Assembly (NCBI RefSeq): GCF_001194135.2
Contig: NC_069000.1
Span: 15,352,379 to 15,416,378 of the forward strand
Source: Octopus bimaculoides
Taxonomy: Eukaryota
Length of the DNA: 64,000 bases
Reading direction: 5' to 3'
Of the stretch, positions 12,201 to 25,975 are shown one piece after another; within the stretch, counting starts at the first letter, position 1, and every line of letters starts with the position of its first letter. The notes under the pieces were generated by a model. It saw only the letters and a program-made list of their open reading frames with translations, searched no databases and was not told the DNA's origin. The position numbers and the translations under genes were made by a program.

Positions 12201-13149
12201 TGNNNNNNNNNNNNNNNNNNNNNNNNNNNNNNNNNNNNNNNNNNNNNNNNNNNNNNNNNNNNNNNNNNNNNNNNNNNNNNNNNNNNNNNNNNNNNNNNNN
12301 NNNNNNNNNNNNNNNNNNNNNNNNNNNNNNNNNNNNNNNNNNNNNNNNNNNNNNNNNNNNNNNNNNNNNNNNNNNNNNNNNNNNNNNNNNNNNNNNNNNN
12401 NNNNNNNNNNNNNNNNNNNNNNNNNNNNNNNNNNNNNNNNNNNNNNNNNNNNNNNNNNNNNNNNNNNNNNNNNNNNNNNNNNNNNNNNNNNNNNNNNNNN
12501 NNNNNNNNNNNNNNNNNNNNNNNNNNNNNNNNNNNNNNNNNNNNNNNNNNNNNNNNNNNNNNNNNNNNNNNNNNNNNNNNNNNNNNNNNNNNNNNNNNNN
12601 NNNNNNNNNNNNNNNNNNNNNNNNNNNNNNNNNNNNNNNNNNNNNNNNNNNNNNNNNNNNNNNNNNNNNNNNNNNNNNNNNNNNNNNNNNNNNNNNNNNN
12701 NNNNNNNNNNNNNNNNNNNNNNNNNNNNNNNNNNNNNNNNNNNNNNNNNNNNNNNNNNNNNNNNNNNNNNNNNNNNNNNNNNNNNNNNNNNNNNNNNNNN
12801 NNNNNNNNNNNNNNNNNNNNNNNNNNNNNNNNNNNNNNNNNNNNNNNNNNNNNNNNNNNNNNNNNNNNNNNNNNNNNNNNNNNNNNNNNNNNNNNNNNNN
12901 NNNNNNNNNNNNNNNNNNNNNNNNNNNNNNNNNNNNNNNNNNNNNNNNNNNNNNNNNNNNNNNNNNNNNNNNNNNNNNNNNNNNNNNNNNNNNNNNNNNN
13001 NNNNNNNNNNNNNNNNNNNNNNNNNNNNNNNNNNNNNNNNNNNNNNNNNNNNNNNNNNNNNNNNNNNNNNNNNNNNNNNNNNNNNNNNNNNNNNNNNNNN
13101 NNNNNNNNNNNNNNNNNNNNNNNNNTATATACATATATATATCAACAAA

Positions 13150-13355
13150 GCAGCGGTATAGGGCAAGACTCTGTCCAATGCACTTTTCCTGAAACTGTCT
13201 GATAGTAAAGATACAATCAACCGTGCTCCTGGAGAAGCGAAAACCACATTGAGACTCAGACACTATATTTGGAACTATGAAAAAATTTAAACGTTCTAAT
13301 AGAGTACAGGCAAGTACATTTCCAACTATAGAAAAAAAAGCGAAATTCCACACCT
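13150..13355 (-). mobile_element. RTE-clade LINE reverse-transcriptase fragment
   Basis: (GISL)FSIVGNVLACTLLERL...IVSESQCGFRFSRSTVDCIFTIRQFQEKCIGQSLALYRCFVD matches the LLSIVGKVLARILLNRL...ESQCGFR...RSTVDMIF...RQLQEKC...FVD block of RTE/BovB-like RTs. Confidence 0.88.
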
Positions 13356-13600
13356 GTCAGTGCCATGTATACAATAAGGTCTGCAAATCGAACGGAGGCC
13401 GCAAAAGACCTTTTAAGATCCACAAAGATCAGAACTTAACTGCAGCTCTTGGTGGTCCAAACCAGATATGCAGTTTATGTGGGTGTCTTTTCGAAACGCT
13501 ATCTGGTTTAAAAAGCCACATCGTATCCCATGATAGATCTAAGGTGTGAGTACAAGAGGGGGTCATATTCTGCACAAGGAGTAGACAACCATCACTGCAC
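13355..13600 (+). mobile_element. 3' end of a second RTE-like LINE with tandem zinc-finger-like motifs
   Basis: CHVYNKVCKSNGGRKRPFKIH and CSLCGCLFETLSGLKSHIVSH, stop at 13549, then ggtcatattctgcacaaggagtagacaaccatca, an RTE-like tail. Confidence 0.65.
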
Positions 13601-14693
13601 AGATTCCAGATCAAAATTCCCCAAAACAGAAAAATAGCATTCAACCAACACATAGACATTTGCGCCAAAAACAAAAATCCAAGCTTCGGAATTTTTCCCC
13701 TCGACCAAGGCATCTTATAGCGGAAACAGATGTATGCTATTGAAGTTCATAAGATAATCGTTTTTCATCGTCATCACTTTTTCTTATTACCGCTTTGTAC
13801 TCAACTCACGCTTCGTTCAGAAGCATACGTATGTTGAGTTCTACATCACGTATCGCAATGCCCAAGCGAAATATATATATATATACGTGTGTGTGTGTGT
13901 GTATATATATATATATGTGTGTATATATATATTTATATGTATGTATATATATAGTTCAAGTTTGCAGAAAAACAAAAGACGAAGAAAGCTGAAGGAACAA
14001 CAATCAAGTGTATTAGTTTGACGCTCGGGAAGAATGGAAAAGTCTTTAACGTTTTGGACCTACGCTCTTCGAAAGAAAGGATTGAGAGGTAAAAATAAAG
14101 AGAAAAAGTATGTAGGGAATAACGGTTGAACATAATGACATATATACATACATACATACATACATATATATATACACACACATATGGACATACATATATG
14201 TATATTTAATACATGCATATGTGTGTGTAAGTATGTATGAGTGTGTGTGTGTGTGAGAGAGAGTGTGTGTGTATGTGTGTGACATTTACGAGCACACACC
14301 TAAGACAAGTAAAGTGTCATAAAATTTACATTTAAAGATCTTAACCGTTTATGTCATAAGTGATTACAATTCATATTCTGAGGTTTACCCTAGCTCATAA
14401 ACATCCTCAAATTTCAGTCTGGTACGAAAACTGCTAGGCAGGAAGCATTATTTATGGCCTCCAATGTAACATTGTAGGGTTACACTGTTAGACTTTACGG
14501 TGAAAAACGTTTATAATTACTATTTTAACAACCGTTTTATTTCAGAATCACTTTGCTATCTTGAATAAGTTAATGCACATACTATGCCCACAAGGTTTAA
14601 CTCGTGTTAGAAGATGAGCTCAGTTTTTCTGTCTTCGTTGATTCTTAAACGATGTGTGTGTACATACATTTATATATATATATATATATATAT

Positions 14694-14748
<55 letters not shown>

Positions 14749-15459
14749 ATCATACACACACACACACACACACAAAGATACCTACATCTATATATATATA
14801 GTTATACATCAACACATACATGCACGCATACATAAATACTTAGGCATACGCATGTACATATATANNNNNNNNNNNNNNNNNNNNNNNNNNNNNNNNNNNN
14901 NNNNNNNNNNNNNNNNNNNNNNNNNNNNNNNNNNNNNNNNNNNNNNNNNNNNNNNNNNNNNNNNNNNNNNNNNNNNNNNNNNNNNNNNNNNNNNNNNNNN
15001 NNNNNNNNNNNNNNNNNNNNNNNNNNNNNNNNNNNNNNNNNNNNNNNNNNNNNNNNNNNNNNNNNNNNNNNNNNNNNNNTTTATTCTTTTACTTGTTTCA
15101 GGCATTTGACTGCGGCCATGCTAGAGCACCGCCTTAAAGCGTGTTAGTCGAAGAAATCAACCCCAAGACTAATTCTTTGTAAGCCTGGTACTTATTTTAT
15201 CATTCATTTTCGCCGAACCGCTAAGTTACGATGACATAAGCACATCAGTATCGGTTGTCAAGCGATGGCATGGGAAACACACCACTAATATATACATATA
15301 TTTATATACGACGGGCTTCGTCCAGTTTCCGTCAGCTTAATCCATTCACAAGGCTTTTGTCGGCCGGAGGCTATAATAGAAGACACTTGCCCAAGGTACC
15401 ACGCAATGGGACTGAACTCAACCATGTGATTAGGAAGCAAACTCCTTACCATACAGCCT

Positions 15460-15686
15460 GCGCCTATGCATGCAAACACATACATACATACACACACACA
15501 CACACATACTTGCATAGGGACAGACATACATACACACATAAATACATACATACATATACACATAATTACATACATACACATGCACATACATACATACACA
15601 TACATACACACACATACAGACACTTACATACATACCTACATACATATACACACTCACACATACATAGATGTGTACACACACAAACA

Positions 15687-15720
<34 letters not shown>

Positions 15721-16390
15721 TGCATACATACACACACATACATACATACACACATACATACATACATACACACATACATACATACGTACATACATACATA
15801 CANNNNNNNNNNACACATACATACATACATACACACATACATACATACGTACATACATACATACATACATACATGCATGCATACACACACACACATACAT
15901 ACATACATGCATACACACATACATACATACATACATGCACACATACATACATACATACATACATACATACATGCCTACATGCATGCCTACATGCATGCCT
16001 ACATACATACATGGGTACGTACATGTCAACTGCCAGTGTTTATTTGTCTAGTACATTCTGCTACGTCATTCTCTGAGTACTTACCCTAGCGGCAGTCGCA
16101 CTGGGTCAGCAATCGGTGCAAACCAGAGCAGGCACTGCTTGGCTTAGTTGGGAAATTCCTCCGTCTCAATGGAGAAAATCCTTTCCCGCTTACCACCACG
16201 TTTTTAAAGCCCGCGCGCACACACACGCACACACACACACACACACATACGATCGCGCGCGCACACACATTCTTACTCAGACACACATACACACTGACGG
16301 GTGCACGCTCTCACTATCAGACACGCACACACACAAACAATGACACCCACTTTCACATACATACACACACACGGACGCGCGCGCGCACGC

Positions 16391-16422
<32 letters not shown>

Positions 16423-16507
16423 CCACATCATACACTCATACTCCAGCCCACACACTCATACACATACATACACATTCAGAACACACACTGACGTGCGCAC
16501 ATTCACA

Positions 16508-16538
<31 letters not shown>

Positions 16539-16683
16539 TGATGTACAAATACATAGTTCCACACACAAGCACATACACACACAAGCACTTGCGCACGCGC
16601 ACGTGCACACACACACACACACACACGTGCACAAACATGCATAGTCTTCACACACGTATTCACACACAGTTTTGCAAATACAA

Positions 16684-16719
<36 letters not shown>

Positions 16720-16740
16720 ACACACATTTCAAAACAATGC
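15460..16740. repeat. Long compound (CA)/(CATA)/(CACG) microsatellite field
   Basis: Mostly alternating purine-pyrimidine sequence, with a unique interruption at about 16025-16205 and an 11-N gap. Confidence 0.9.
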
Positions 16741-18325
16741 CCGAAAATATTCCATTTATGTATTATATTCTTTACTTCCGAAACCCTTGTTTAACTTCGG
16801 GTCTCTACTTTTCGGTAAACTATTCCGCTTATGAAGAAAGAAGAATTTGTCTTTTTGGTACNNNNNNNNNNNNNNNNNNNNNNNNNNNNNNNNNNNNNNN
16901 NNNNNNNNNNNNNNNNNNNNNNNNNNNNNNNNNNNNNNNNNNNNNNNNNNNNNNNNNNNNNNNNNNNNNNNNNNNNNNNNNNNNNNNNNTGTTTGACTTT
17001 GAAATATTTATATTGTTCTTTCGCACCGATATAATCCCTAACAGAAATAAATTATGAAAAGAATGTAGACGTGTCTTATACGTTTTATATGTTATCTTTC
17101 ACTGGCTTCGGTCACTGGAGTGCGGCCATGCTGAATCGTCTTGAAGAGTTCAGCGCCGTCGTTCTCAACTATATTTTTGACCTACGGATCTCTTTGATTA
17201 CTATTTTATTCAGCGGGTTCCCCATAGCTATTTGATGTTTAAAAACTATGTTGCGTCCGGGGAGGGTCATACTGCCTTAATATCTAACACACACACACAC
17301 ACACACACCGGTTCAATTTCCACTCATTTATTAGTTATTTATATTTTATCTTTTCCAAAATTTTCGTTGCTTTTGCAGCCTTGTCAATGGATGTTGAGAA
17401 TCAACGTCCATTGCATTGGCACTGGCACTTCGTCGCTTATGACGACAAAGGTTCCAGTTGATCCTATCAACGGAACAGCATACTCGTGGAATTGATATGG
17501 CTGAGCACTCCAGAGACACGTGTACCCTTAATATAGTTCTCAGGGAGATTCAGCATGAAACAGTGTGACAAGGCTGACCCTTTGAAAAACAGGCCGTGCT
17601 CATTTTGGTTAGCTGAGTGGGCTGGAACAATGTGAAATAAATGCGTCGCCAGGAACTGAACTCACCACCACCTTACGATCGTGAGCCGAATGCCCCTAAC
17701 CACTGAGCCACGCGCCTTCACAATATCCATGGACAAGGTTACAAAAGCAACGAGAATTTTTAGAAAAGATAAAATATAAATAATAGATGAATGGAAATTG
17801 AACCGGTGACTGTGCTGGATATTAAGGCTGTACGAGACTCTCCAGATACAACAAAATTTATTTCAACTCATGAATTCACATAAAGAATCTCGCAAACCAG
17901 AACGAAATAGATTTAAAATCTAGCTTTATAGATACTTCTTTCAAAATTTTGTATTTTGAATTTTTACTCATTCACTTGTGTAGGTTTGCAAAAGAACTCT
18001 CTGAGACAATTTTCAGTGGCTGGGAACATGTTAATCTATGTAAAAAGTTATTCTTTTACTTGTTTCAGTCATTTGACTGCGGCCATGCTGGGGCACCGCC
18101 TTCAAAGGTTTTAGTCGAAGAGATCGACTCCAGGACTTATTCTTTGTAAGCCTAATACTTATTCTATCAGGCTCTTTTGATGAACCGCTAAGTTACGGGG
18201 ACATAAACACACCAGCATCGATTGTCAAGCGATGGTTGGGGGGACAAACACAGACTCAGACACACACACCCATAAATATATACATACATATATACATACA
18301 TACATGCATGCCTACTTCACTTACG

Positions 18326-18378
<53 letters not shown>

Positions 18379-20194
18379 TGAACTTCTTTGTTTCCGTCTA
18401 CCAAATCCCCACACAATGCTTTGGTCGGCCCGAGTCTTTAGTAGAAGACACTTGCCCAAGGTGCCACGCAGTGGGATGAACTTGAAACGCAAACGATTCT
18501 GCCAGCTCGCCGTCATGATGATGATGATGATAAAAATAATTTAATTATAGTTCCCGTTATTGGCCACAATACCTCACAGCATAAAATTTAGAATGTCTTC
18601 AATACAAATTCATTACAAATAAACGGGGAAGGTGTAAAAGATAAAATAAAGGCGAAAGGTAATAATCATTTAATAATAATAAATCACATTGCAATGGTCA
18701 ACGAGTACAGCAAAGCAATTGTATACATTACATACATTCCAGGAGTTTGTAACTAAGAAACAGCATAAACACTCAATGATTCATTCTGGTAACACAGACC
18801 ACATATACATACATACATACATACAAATATTTACGTACATACATACATACATGTGTGTGTGTTTGTGTTTACACAAACAAAGATTTTAACTGGGACGCGC
18901 ATGACGTCCTAGGAATGGATTTAGGATAGGGTGAATCTTTTTCGAATGGTAATATTTTTACCGTTAAAGGTGTTTAGCGGCGCGGATTTATATCAACAGC
19001 AGAGGTTGTTGTTAAATTAATTATTTCATTTATTTATTTTTATTATTATTTTGTTTTACTTCTCTGAACATTCGGTCTTGTTTGTTCTGGTAGATTACTA
19101 TTATTATTATCATCATCATTTTAATTTTGACTATATCTTCAGGAGGAGTTACCTCAATCCTTTCTATATTAACCGAAATTAAGTAGATTGACAAATTTAT
19201 TTTTTGAACCAGTTGAAGATACACAAGATGTCGAAATCTCGTTCACTAGATAACAATGGCATTCTTCTTTTAATTTTGACTCTATTATTATTATTTTCAC
19301 TTGCTTCAGGCATTGGACCGCAGCTATCCTGGGACACTGCAGTGAAGAGATTAGTTGATCAAATCGCCATCTGTGCATATTTTTAGTCTGGAACCTATTG
19401 TATCGCATACTTTTTGCCGAATCGCCAGGTAACAGAGATGTAAAGAACTCAATACCAACTGTCGAGCGGTGAGAAACAAGATACGTATGCGCGCACACAT
19501 GCGTGTGTATGTGTGTGTACGCGCGCGCGTTCTTGTGCGTGTGTATGTGTGTGTGTGTGTGTGTGTGTATTTGGTAATAGCCGATATAACTGTTGGTTAA
19601 TAATTTATAGTTAAAGAATTTTAACTGGGTTGCGTACTTAGCTGGCACGAGCATTACTCAGAACTACGTACCTGAACAGGATACCGTTTAACTGAGTAAT
19701 GCTTCGAAGATTTGTTGTATTGAGTTTAAATATTTTCACGAATCTAGAGAGGCTAGTTACAAACTATTACTATATTTAAACTCGAGATAAATTCTTTAGT
19801 AATCTCCCATTAATCCTGAAGCTCACAGGCTTATTCTTACTTCAAGGATATACTTGAAGGATATAGTCACGTGGGTTTTTTTTATTACTTCTAGGATATA
19901 CTCTGCTCGTTATCCTTTCGTGTCCAATAAAAATAACTAATCTAGTCAGTCAATCAAATATTGGCGTCTATATAATCGATCCTTATTTTCCTTAAAATGT
20001 GTGGGTATTTTGTTTCTATTTACTGAGAACCTAACTACTTTCACATTTTTTCCCGTGCTTTTGTTCGATATCTTGATTGAGTCCGTCCGTCTAGCATTCA
20101 TGTCTCTGTTGATGTTATTTAATTCTGTAGCAGTCCTGATCGCGCTAACTTGATAGAAGACAATCTAGCCGTGACCAACCTGAATTTTAGGACA

Positions 20195-20400
20195 ATTTAG
20201 AAATATATTTATCAATGTGTCTGTCCTTCCTTTTTGGTTGGGGCGGTAGGATATGATTTAAAGAAGTTTTTGCTAGATTTTCTTGCATGTTGATCGACAA
20301 CGCAGACGCTATCTTCGCTTGACTTTTTCCATGCCTTTTCATCTCATGTATATACCGTCTTTGTTCCAACTGTCTGCAGATAATCTTTACTATTCATACC
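20195..20400 (-). pseudogene. Possible Tc1-like transposase N-terminal helix-turn-helix remnant
   Basis: LEQRRYIHEMKRHGKSQAKIASALSI and RKDRHIDK resemble the Tc1 HTH and the downstream REDRxI motif. No catalytic region seen. Confidence 0.35.
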
Positions 20401-21081
20401 CCGTGACCATCTCGATAGTCTTAAATTCAGAGGAATGGCTCTTTTTACTGACAATTTTAACCTCGTGACCAGTAATGAATCTTTGTCTTTGATTCAAGTG
20501 CAATATTTGTAAATGCCTCAGTGACTCTCAATAGTTCAACAATTCTGTGTCCATACTCAAAATTGCTGAACACTTATACTTATTTAGTGTAACATGTGAT
20601 GGCTCTACTAATAACTTAGTTCTCATGTGAATAGTGTTGATAAATTCTTCTCTCAAGTATTATAAATGTATACTTATGATCTTGCTTTGACCATTAAATC
20701 TACGCTTATTGTATACAAGAAATTGAAGGGTAGTCATGTGAATTATTCAATGCGACATTGCTTTTATATTTTATGGTATTACTACTCGAGTGTTACTAAA
20801 TACATTGGACGTATTCCTTAAGTATTCATATTTATGAAAAAAAAAAACAACAAAAAACAACTTTTAGAAAATTGATCAGCTGACAGATGTGTGTAAGGAA
20901 ATAGATGAGACACTTATTTTAATTACTATAGAAACAATTAAGGACAGACTTCAAGGAAACAGTGGAGATAATGAGTTGGGACAAGTTCGCATGGCTTGGC
21001 AGAGAAAAAGGTAAGTCTCAATCCATCACCAGCATCGGTTGTCAAGCAATGCTAGGGGGACAAACACAGACACGCAAACAT

Positions 21082-21157
<76 letters not shown>

Positions 21158-22877
21158 GACGGGCTTCTTTCAGTTTCCGTCTACCAAATCCACTCACAAG
21201 GCTTTGGTCGGCCCGAGGCTATAGTAGAAGACACTCGGCCAAGGTGCCACGCAGTGGGACTGAACCCGGAACCATGTGGTTGGTAAGCAAGCTACTTACC
21301 ACACAGCCACTCCTGCGCATGTATAATATCTCGAATTCTTTTTACCATATTTACACATTTCCAATTAGTCGATACATTCTTGGCAACAATAACAGTCAGT
21401 TTTCTAGACAACAGCGCATAAATTTTCTCGACATTAATTAATATTCAACTGGTGTCATGTTCTAAATGCAAGCATATTAGAATGCCAAAATAATATTAAC
21501 AATGAGTTATATGAATATATAAATATATAAGACTGGTTCAGGTTGGAGCTAGTTCAAAGGTGATATATGCTAGCTACAACTTGAAATCGAATACGTCTAT
21601 ACCATTTCTAGGCTTGTTTTAAATTAGACACCTGTGGTGCGAGACACCTAGTTGATTGGCTAGCCTTTGTATCCAGTCTTGGACGGTGTGCAGTCGTGAT
21701 TTTCAAGACAATTCACAGCGAAATGCATGTCTCAGTTGCAGTTTCGTTAACCTGGTGTTTCAATTTCTCCGGTGGTTATATTCTGTAGAGCGAAAGGGTT
21801 TCAGTAATTCGAGTCTAGTATGGGTGGGTATGAGTCGTTCTGGCACAGCCATTTTGGCGCCGCCTATTTGGCATTGCTGATTCAACGCTGACTTATTTGT
21901 CATCGGATGTTTTAATGTTTTTACCCGTTTTAATATTTATCTCGTTTAAGGTGACGAGCTGGCAGAATCGTTAGCGAGAGTAGGGAAAGCACGGGTGGGG
22001 GTGGGGGTTAGGCTGGGTGTGGGGGTAGAGGTGAAGTACACACACACATATATGCATATAAATGCATATGTGTGTATGTGTGTATATATGTATGAATGTT
22101 TGTGTATGTATGTGTGTGTGTATATATATATATATATATACATACACACACATACATAAAAGAGGAAAGTGAGAAAGATTGAAGGAGGGAGAGAGAGAGA
22201 GAGGGAAGTGCAGTGGTCAATTCAGTGGAGCACCCATTTGTACAATATCTATCTTCGACTTGAGAACTGAGTTCAAATCCTTCCATAGTCGATATTGTCT
22301 TTCAGTCATGCGGGTTTAACAAAATAAGTATAATTTACATCAACAGGTGTCAATCCCGATCCAATATCGACTTGTGACCTTCCCAAAAATATTTAAAAAA
22401 TTCAACAATTAACTCTTTTGTAACCTAAACCAGAAGACTGCATAGTTCGAATTCTTGGCGTTATTGAGAATAATCCAGAAACCACAAATTCAATTCAAAT
22501 TTACCTTTATTTTAAATTTCCACAGGTGTATCCTCATTAATGTCACGAACCTGACCTGATTTTAATTTCGTACGATTTGTTTGCTTCTTTTGTCTCTTGT
22601 TTATTATCATTAGTATTATAATTATTATTATTACTTGACAGCAACTCTTTTATCTCTTTCTTGTTTGAGTCATAAGACTGCGGCCATGCTGGGGCATCAC
22701 CTTGAAAGATTTTTAGTCGAATGCATCGAACCAGGTATTTGTTTTCTTCTCAGGCCTGGTATTTATTCTATCAGCCTCTCTGTGTCGAATCGCTAAGTTA
22801 CGGGAACGAAAAGATAACACCGATTGTCAATGGTGGGGGGGGGGGAAACACACACACATACACATAAATTGTATATA

Positions 22878-22920
<43 letters not shown>

Positions 22921-23199
22921 NNNNNNNNNNNNNNNNNNNNNNNNNNNNNNNNNNNNNNNNNNNNNNNNNNNNNNNNNNNNNNNNNNNNNNNNNNNNNNNN
23001 NNNNNNNNNNNNNNNNNNNNNNNNNNNNNNNNNNNNNNNNNNNNNNNNNNNNNNNNNNNNNNNNNNNNNNNNNNNNNNNNNNNNNNNNNNNNNNNNNNNN
23101 NNNNNNNNNNNNNNNNNNNNNNNNNNNNNNNNNNNNNNNNNNNNNNNNNNNNNNNNNNNNNNNNNNNNNNNNNNNNNNNNNNNNNNNNNNNNNNNNNNN

Positions 23200-23230
<31 letters not shown>

Positions 23231-23744
23231 CATAAATATGCATACGTATATGATCGGCATCAAGATCTCTTATCACCATAGAAACCTGGTAGCCGGCCTT
23301 ACTAGTCCTGAGACTCGAGAAAAATTGATATATAAACACGTGCACACACAAGTCACACTTTTTACATTGTTCTGGCCATTCCATTCACCTCACCAATATT
23401 TTTTGCCCTCACACTAACACTCGATCTCGTCTTCTTACACATACACTTTCATACCACCTACCTAACGAGATTACTTATACACACCAACAACCCCAGAGCA
23501 CCGTTAACCTACACCATTATATTTATGCACTTGCACGTCTCTACACACATAAATACTCCACACTAAAACACCTCTCCCTTATGCTCGCTTCCAGACACAG
23601 AAACACTCTTATATTTAGGCCTCCATACATTCCTCTCTTCTTAACTTCGTAGAACAGCAGCATACCCAACTCAGTTTCTAATCCCTCACCCATTACTTTT
23701 TCTGCCTGATTATTTTCGTTTTTCACGTCTTCTATGCCCTTTTT

Positions 23745-23787
23745 TTTTCTGATGAAGGACTAACGTCCGAAACGTGAATACGTTAAC
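23745..23787 (+). ncRNA. Hammerhead-like motif at the end of a probable Penelope-type repeat
   Basis: CTGATGA-a-GGAC-taac-GTCC-GAAA-CGT-gaat-ACG-TT-aac. Core and stems II and III are intact; stem I is only about 2 bp. Confidence 0.5.
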
Positions 23788-24016
23788 ATATTTTCTTTTT
23801 CCATTAAAGGGTTAAGTTAAAGCTTTATTTGCTAAACCTTATTCCTCCTCTGCTGTCCTTTTTATAGTCCATAGTATCTACACCATACATAAATATATAC
23901 TTGTGTGCGTGTGTATACATACATATAATATATATAGAGATATAGACAGACATATGTATGCATACACATATACACACACACACACACACATAATATATGC
24001 GTGTGTGTATGTGTGT

Positions 24017-24052
<36 letters not shown>

Positions 24053-24784
24053 GTTTTTTGTCAATTTAGTTATAAAATAAACAGATTAATCAACGGAATA
24101 CAGTGTAAGTCGATGGGTACAGCATATTCTCCATTTTCTCATTACGATATATATATATCGGATAGTATGACTGCCATTCAGTTCGTGCTGGACGGACATA
24201 GAGAAATTATTAAAGAAACAAAAAAAAAAACAAAGAAAACAAACAGAAAAAATAAAATGCCAGACTCTATGGNNNNNNNNNNNNNNNNNNNNNNNNNNNN
24301 NNNNNNNNNNNNNNNNNNNNNNNNNNNNNNNNNNNNNNNNNNNNNNNNNNNNNNNNNNNNNNNNNNNNNNNNNNNNNNNNNNNNNNNNNNNNNNNNNNNN
24401 NNNNNNNNNNNNNNNNNNNNNNNNNNNNNNNNNNNNNNNNNNNNNNNNNNNNNNNNNNNNNNNNNNNNNNNNNNNNNNNNNNNNNNNNNNNNNNNNNNNN
24501 NNNNNNNNNNNNNNNNNNNNNNNNNNNNNNNNNNNNNNNNNNNNNNNNNNNNNNNNNNNNNNNNNNNNNNNNNNNNNNNNNNNNNNNNTGATTAGTACAT
24601 TTGACCCTAATATCGATACAAGGTCAGAAATTTTTCGGGGATGGTAGTGTCAGTTCTTGACTGGCACTTTAATTTGTCGACTCTCCCCACCACCAGAGTG
24701 AAATGCAAAGTTGAACTCAGAGCGGAAAGACGGACGAGATACCGCTAATCATTTTGTTCGGCGTGCTAACGATTCTGCCACCTC

Positions 24785-24823
<39 letters not shown>

Positions 24824-25407
24824 CCTTTCTGCTAAAGGCTCAAAGCCTGAGATGTTAGTCGATTACATTGACCCCAGTACTCAACTGGTACGTATTTTAT
24901 CGACTCCGAAAGGATGAAAGGCAAAGTCGACCTCCGCGGAATTAGCAGTACGAGGCAGTGGCTCTCATGGATTCTGATCTTAACTAATTGGAAGTGTTAT
25001 CATACACATCGTTTTGTCTTGGTATAAAAGATGAGCTACAGCAAATATTCTGCTCAATACCACAGATTTGCTTGTTAGTTGTTTGACCTTAAGCAGTTGA
25101 GCATGTCCCTTGGTGGCTGATGATATGTGCGTCTCTAATCACTAATAATGATAATAGTAATAATAATAAGCTTTTCCACTATAGGCACAAGGAACTGAAA
25201 TTTGGGGGAAGAGAATAATCGATTACATCGTCCCAGTATACAACTGGTACTTATTTTGTCGACTCCGAAAGGATAAAAGGTAAAGTCGACCTCGGCGGAA
25301 TCTGAACTCTGAACGTAGCAGCAGACAAAATGCCATTAAACATTTCGCCCGGCATGCTCATGATTCTGCTGCGTTCATCATCATCATCATCATCATCATA
25401 ATAATAA

Positions 25408-25975
25408 TGATGATGAATGCCCTGAAGCAGTTCCAGGCAGTGGCTCTCATGACTTTTGATCTTAACTGATTGGAAGTGTTATCCTGCACATTGTTTTGTC
25501 TGGTATAAAAGATGGGCTACAGCAAATATTCTGCTCAATACCACAGATTTGCTTGTCAGTTTCTTTACCTTAACTAGTTGAGAATGTCCCTTAGTTGCTG
25601 ACAATATGTGTGCATCTCTGATCATGAGCAGAAGTAGTGGGGGAGCATCATAGCCATGTGTTGAGAGGAATTCTTTGGGGTTTGAATAATTCGCCCCTGG
25701 AAACATGAAGGTATCGTTCAAATCTTATTCAAAGGACTTATTGAGCAGGATAGGCTACTCGACCTGAAAAACATTCTACCTTGTCCCCACCTGTAAGGTT
25801 ATGCGATGTTTATCTTGATACGAGTTCACCGTGTTACGCACATATAGTTGTGATGCATATGCCTGATGTACCCTTATCAGACTGGTGGCCATGATGGGTA
25901 TATTGGGCTTCATATATTTGTGCCCCAGGGTCACTTTGATGGCCTGCGTTGCTCTCTCTCTCAATAATAATAAAT
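25408..25975 (+). mobile_element. 5'-truncated retroelement 3' end with (AAT)n tail; partial second copy at about 24945-25140 and a fragment near 28140-28215
   Basis: Shared text ggcagtggctctcatg...gattggaagtgttatc...ggtataaaagatg.gctacagcaaatattctgctcaataccacagatttgcttg. Variable 5' ends, and the long copy ends ctctctctcaataataataa. Confidence 0.6.

Noticed and set aside
15255-16834. Long HT/YI/CV-rich ORFs (and similar ones at 14654, 22793-23417, 23903, 56241-57039, 59871-60497, 63355-63973)
   Set aside because: They are translations of (CA)/(TA)/(CATA) microsatellites or run through N gaps.
19204-19386. Short ORF with a signal-peptide-like stretch (GILLLILTLLLLFSLASG)
   Set aside because: It is built from an (ATT) tract plus a decayed family B SINE end.
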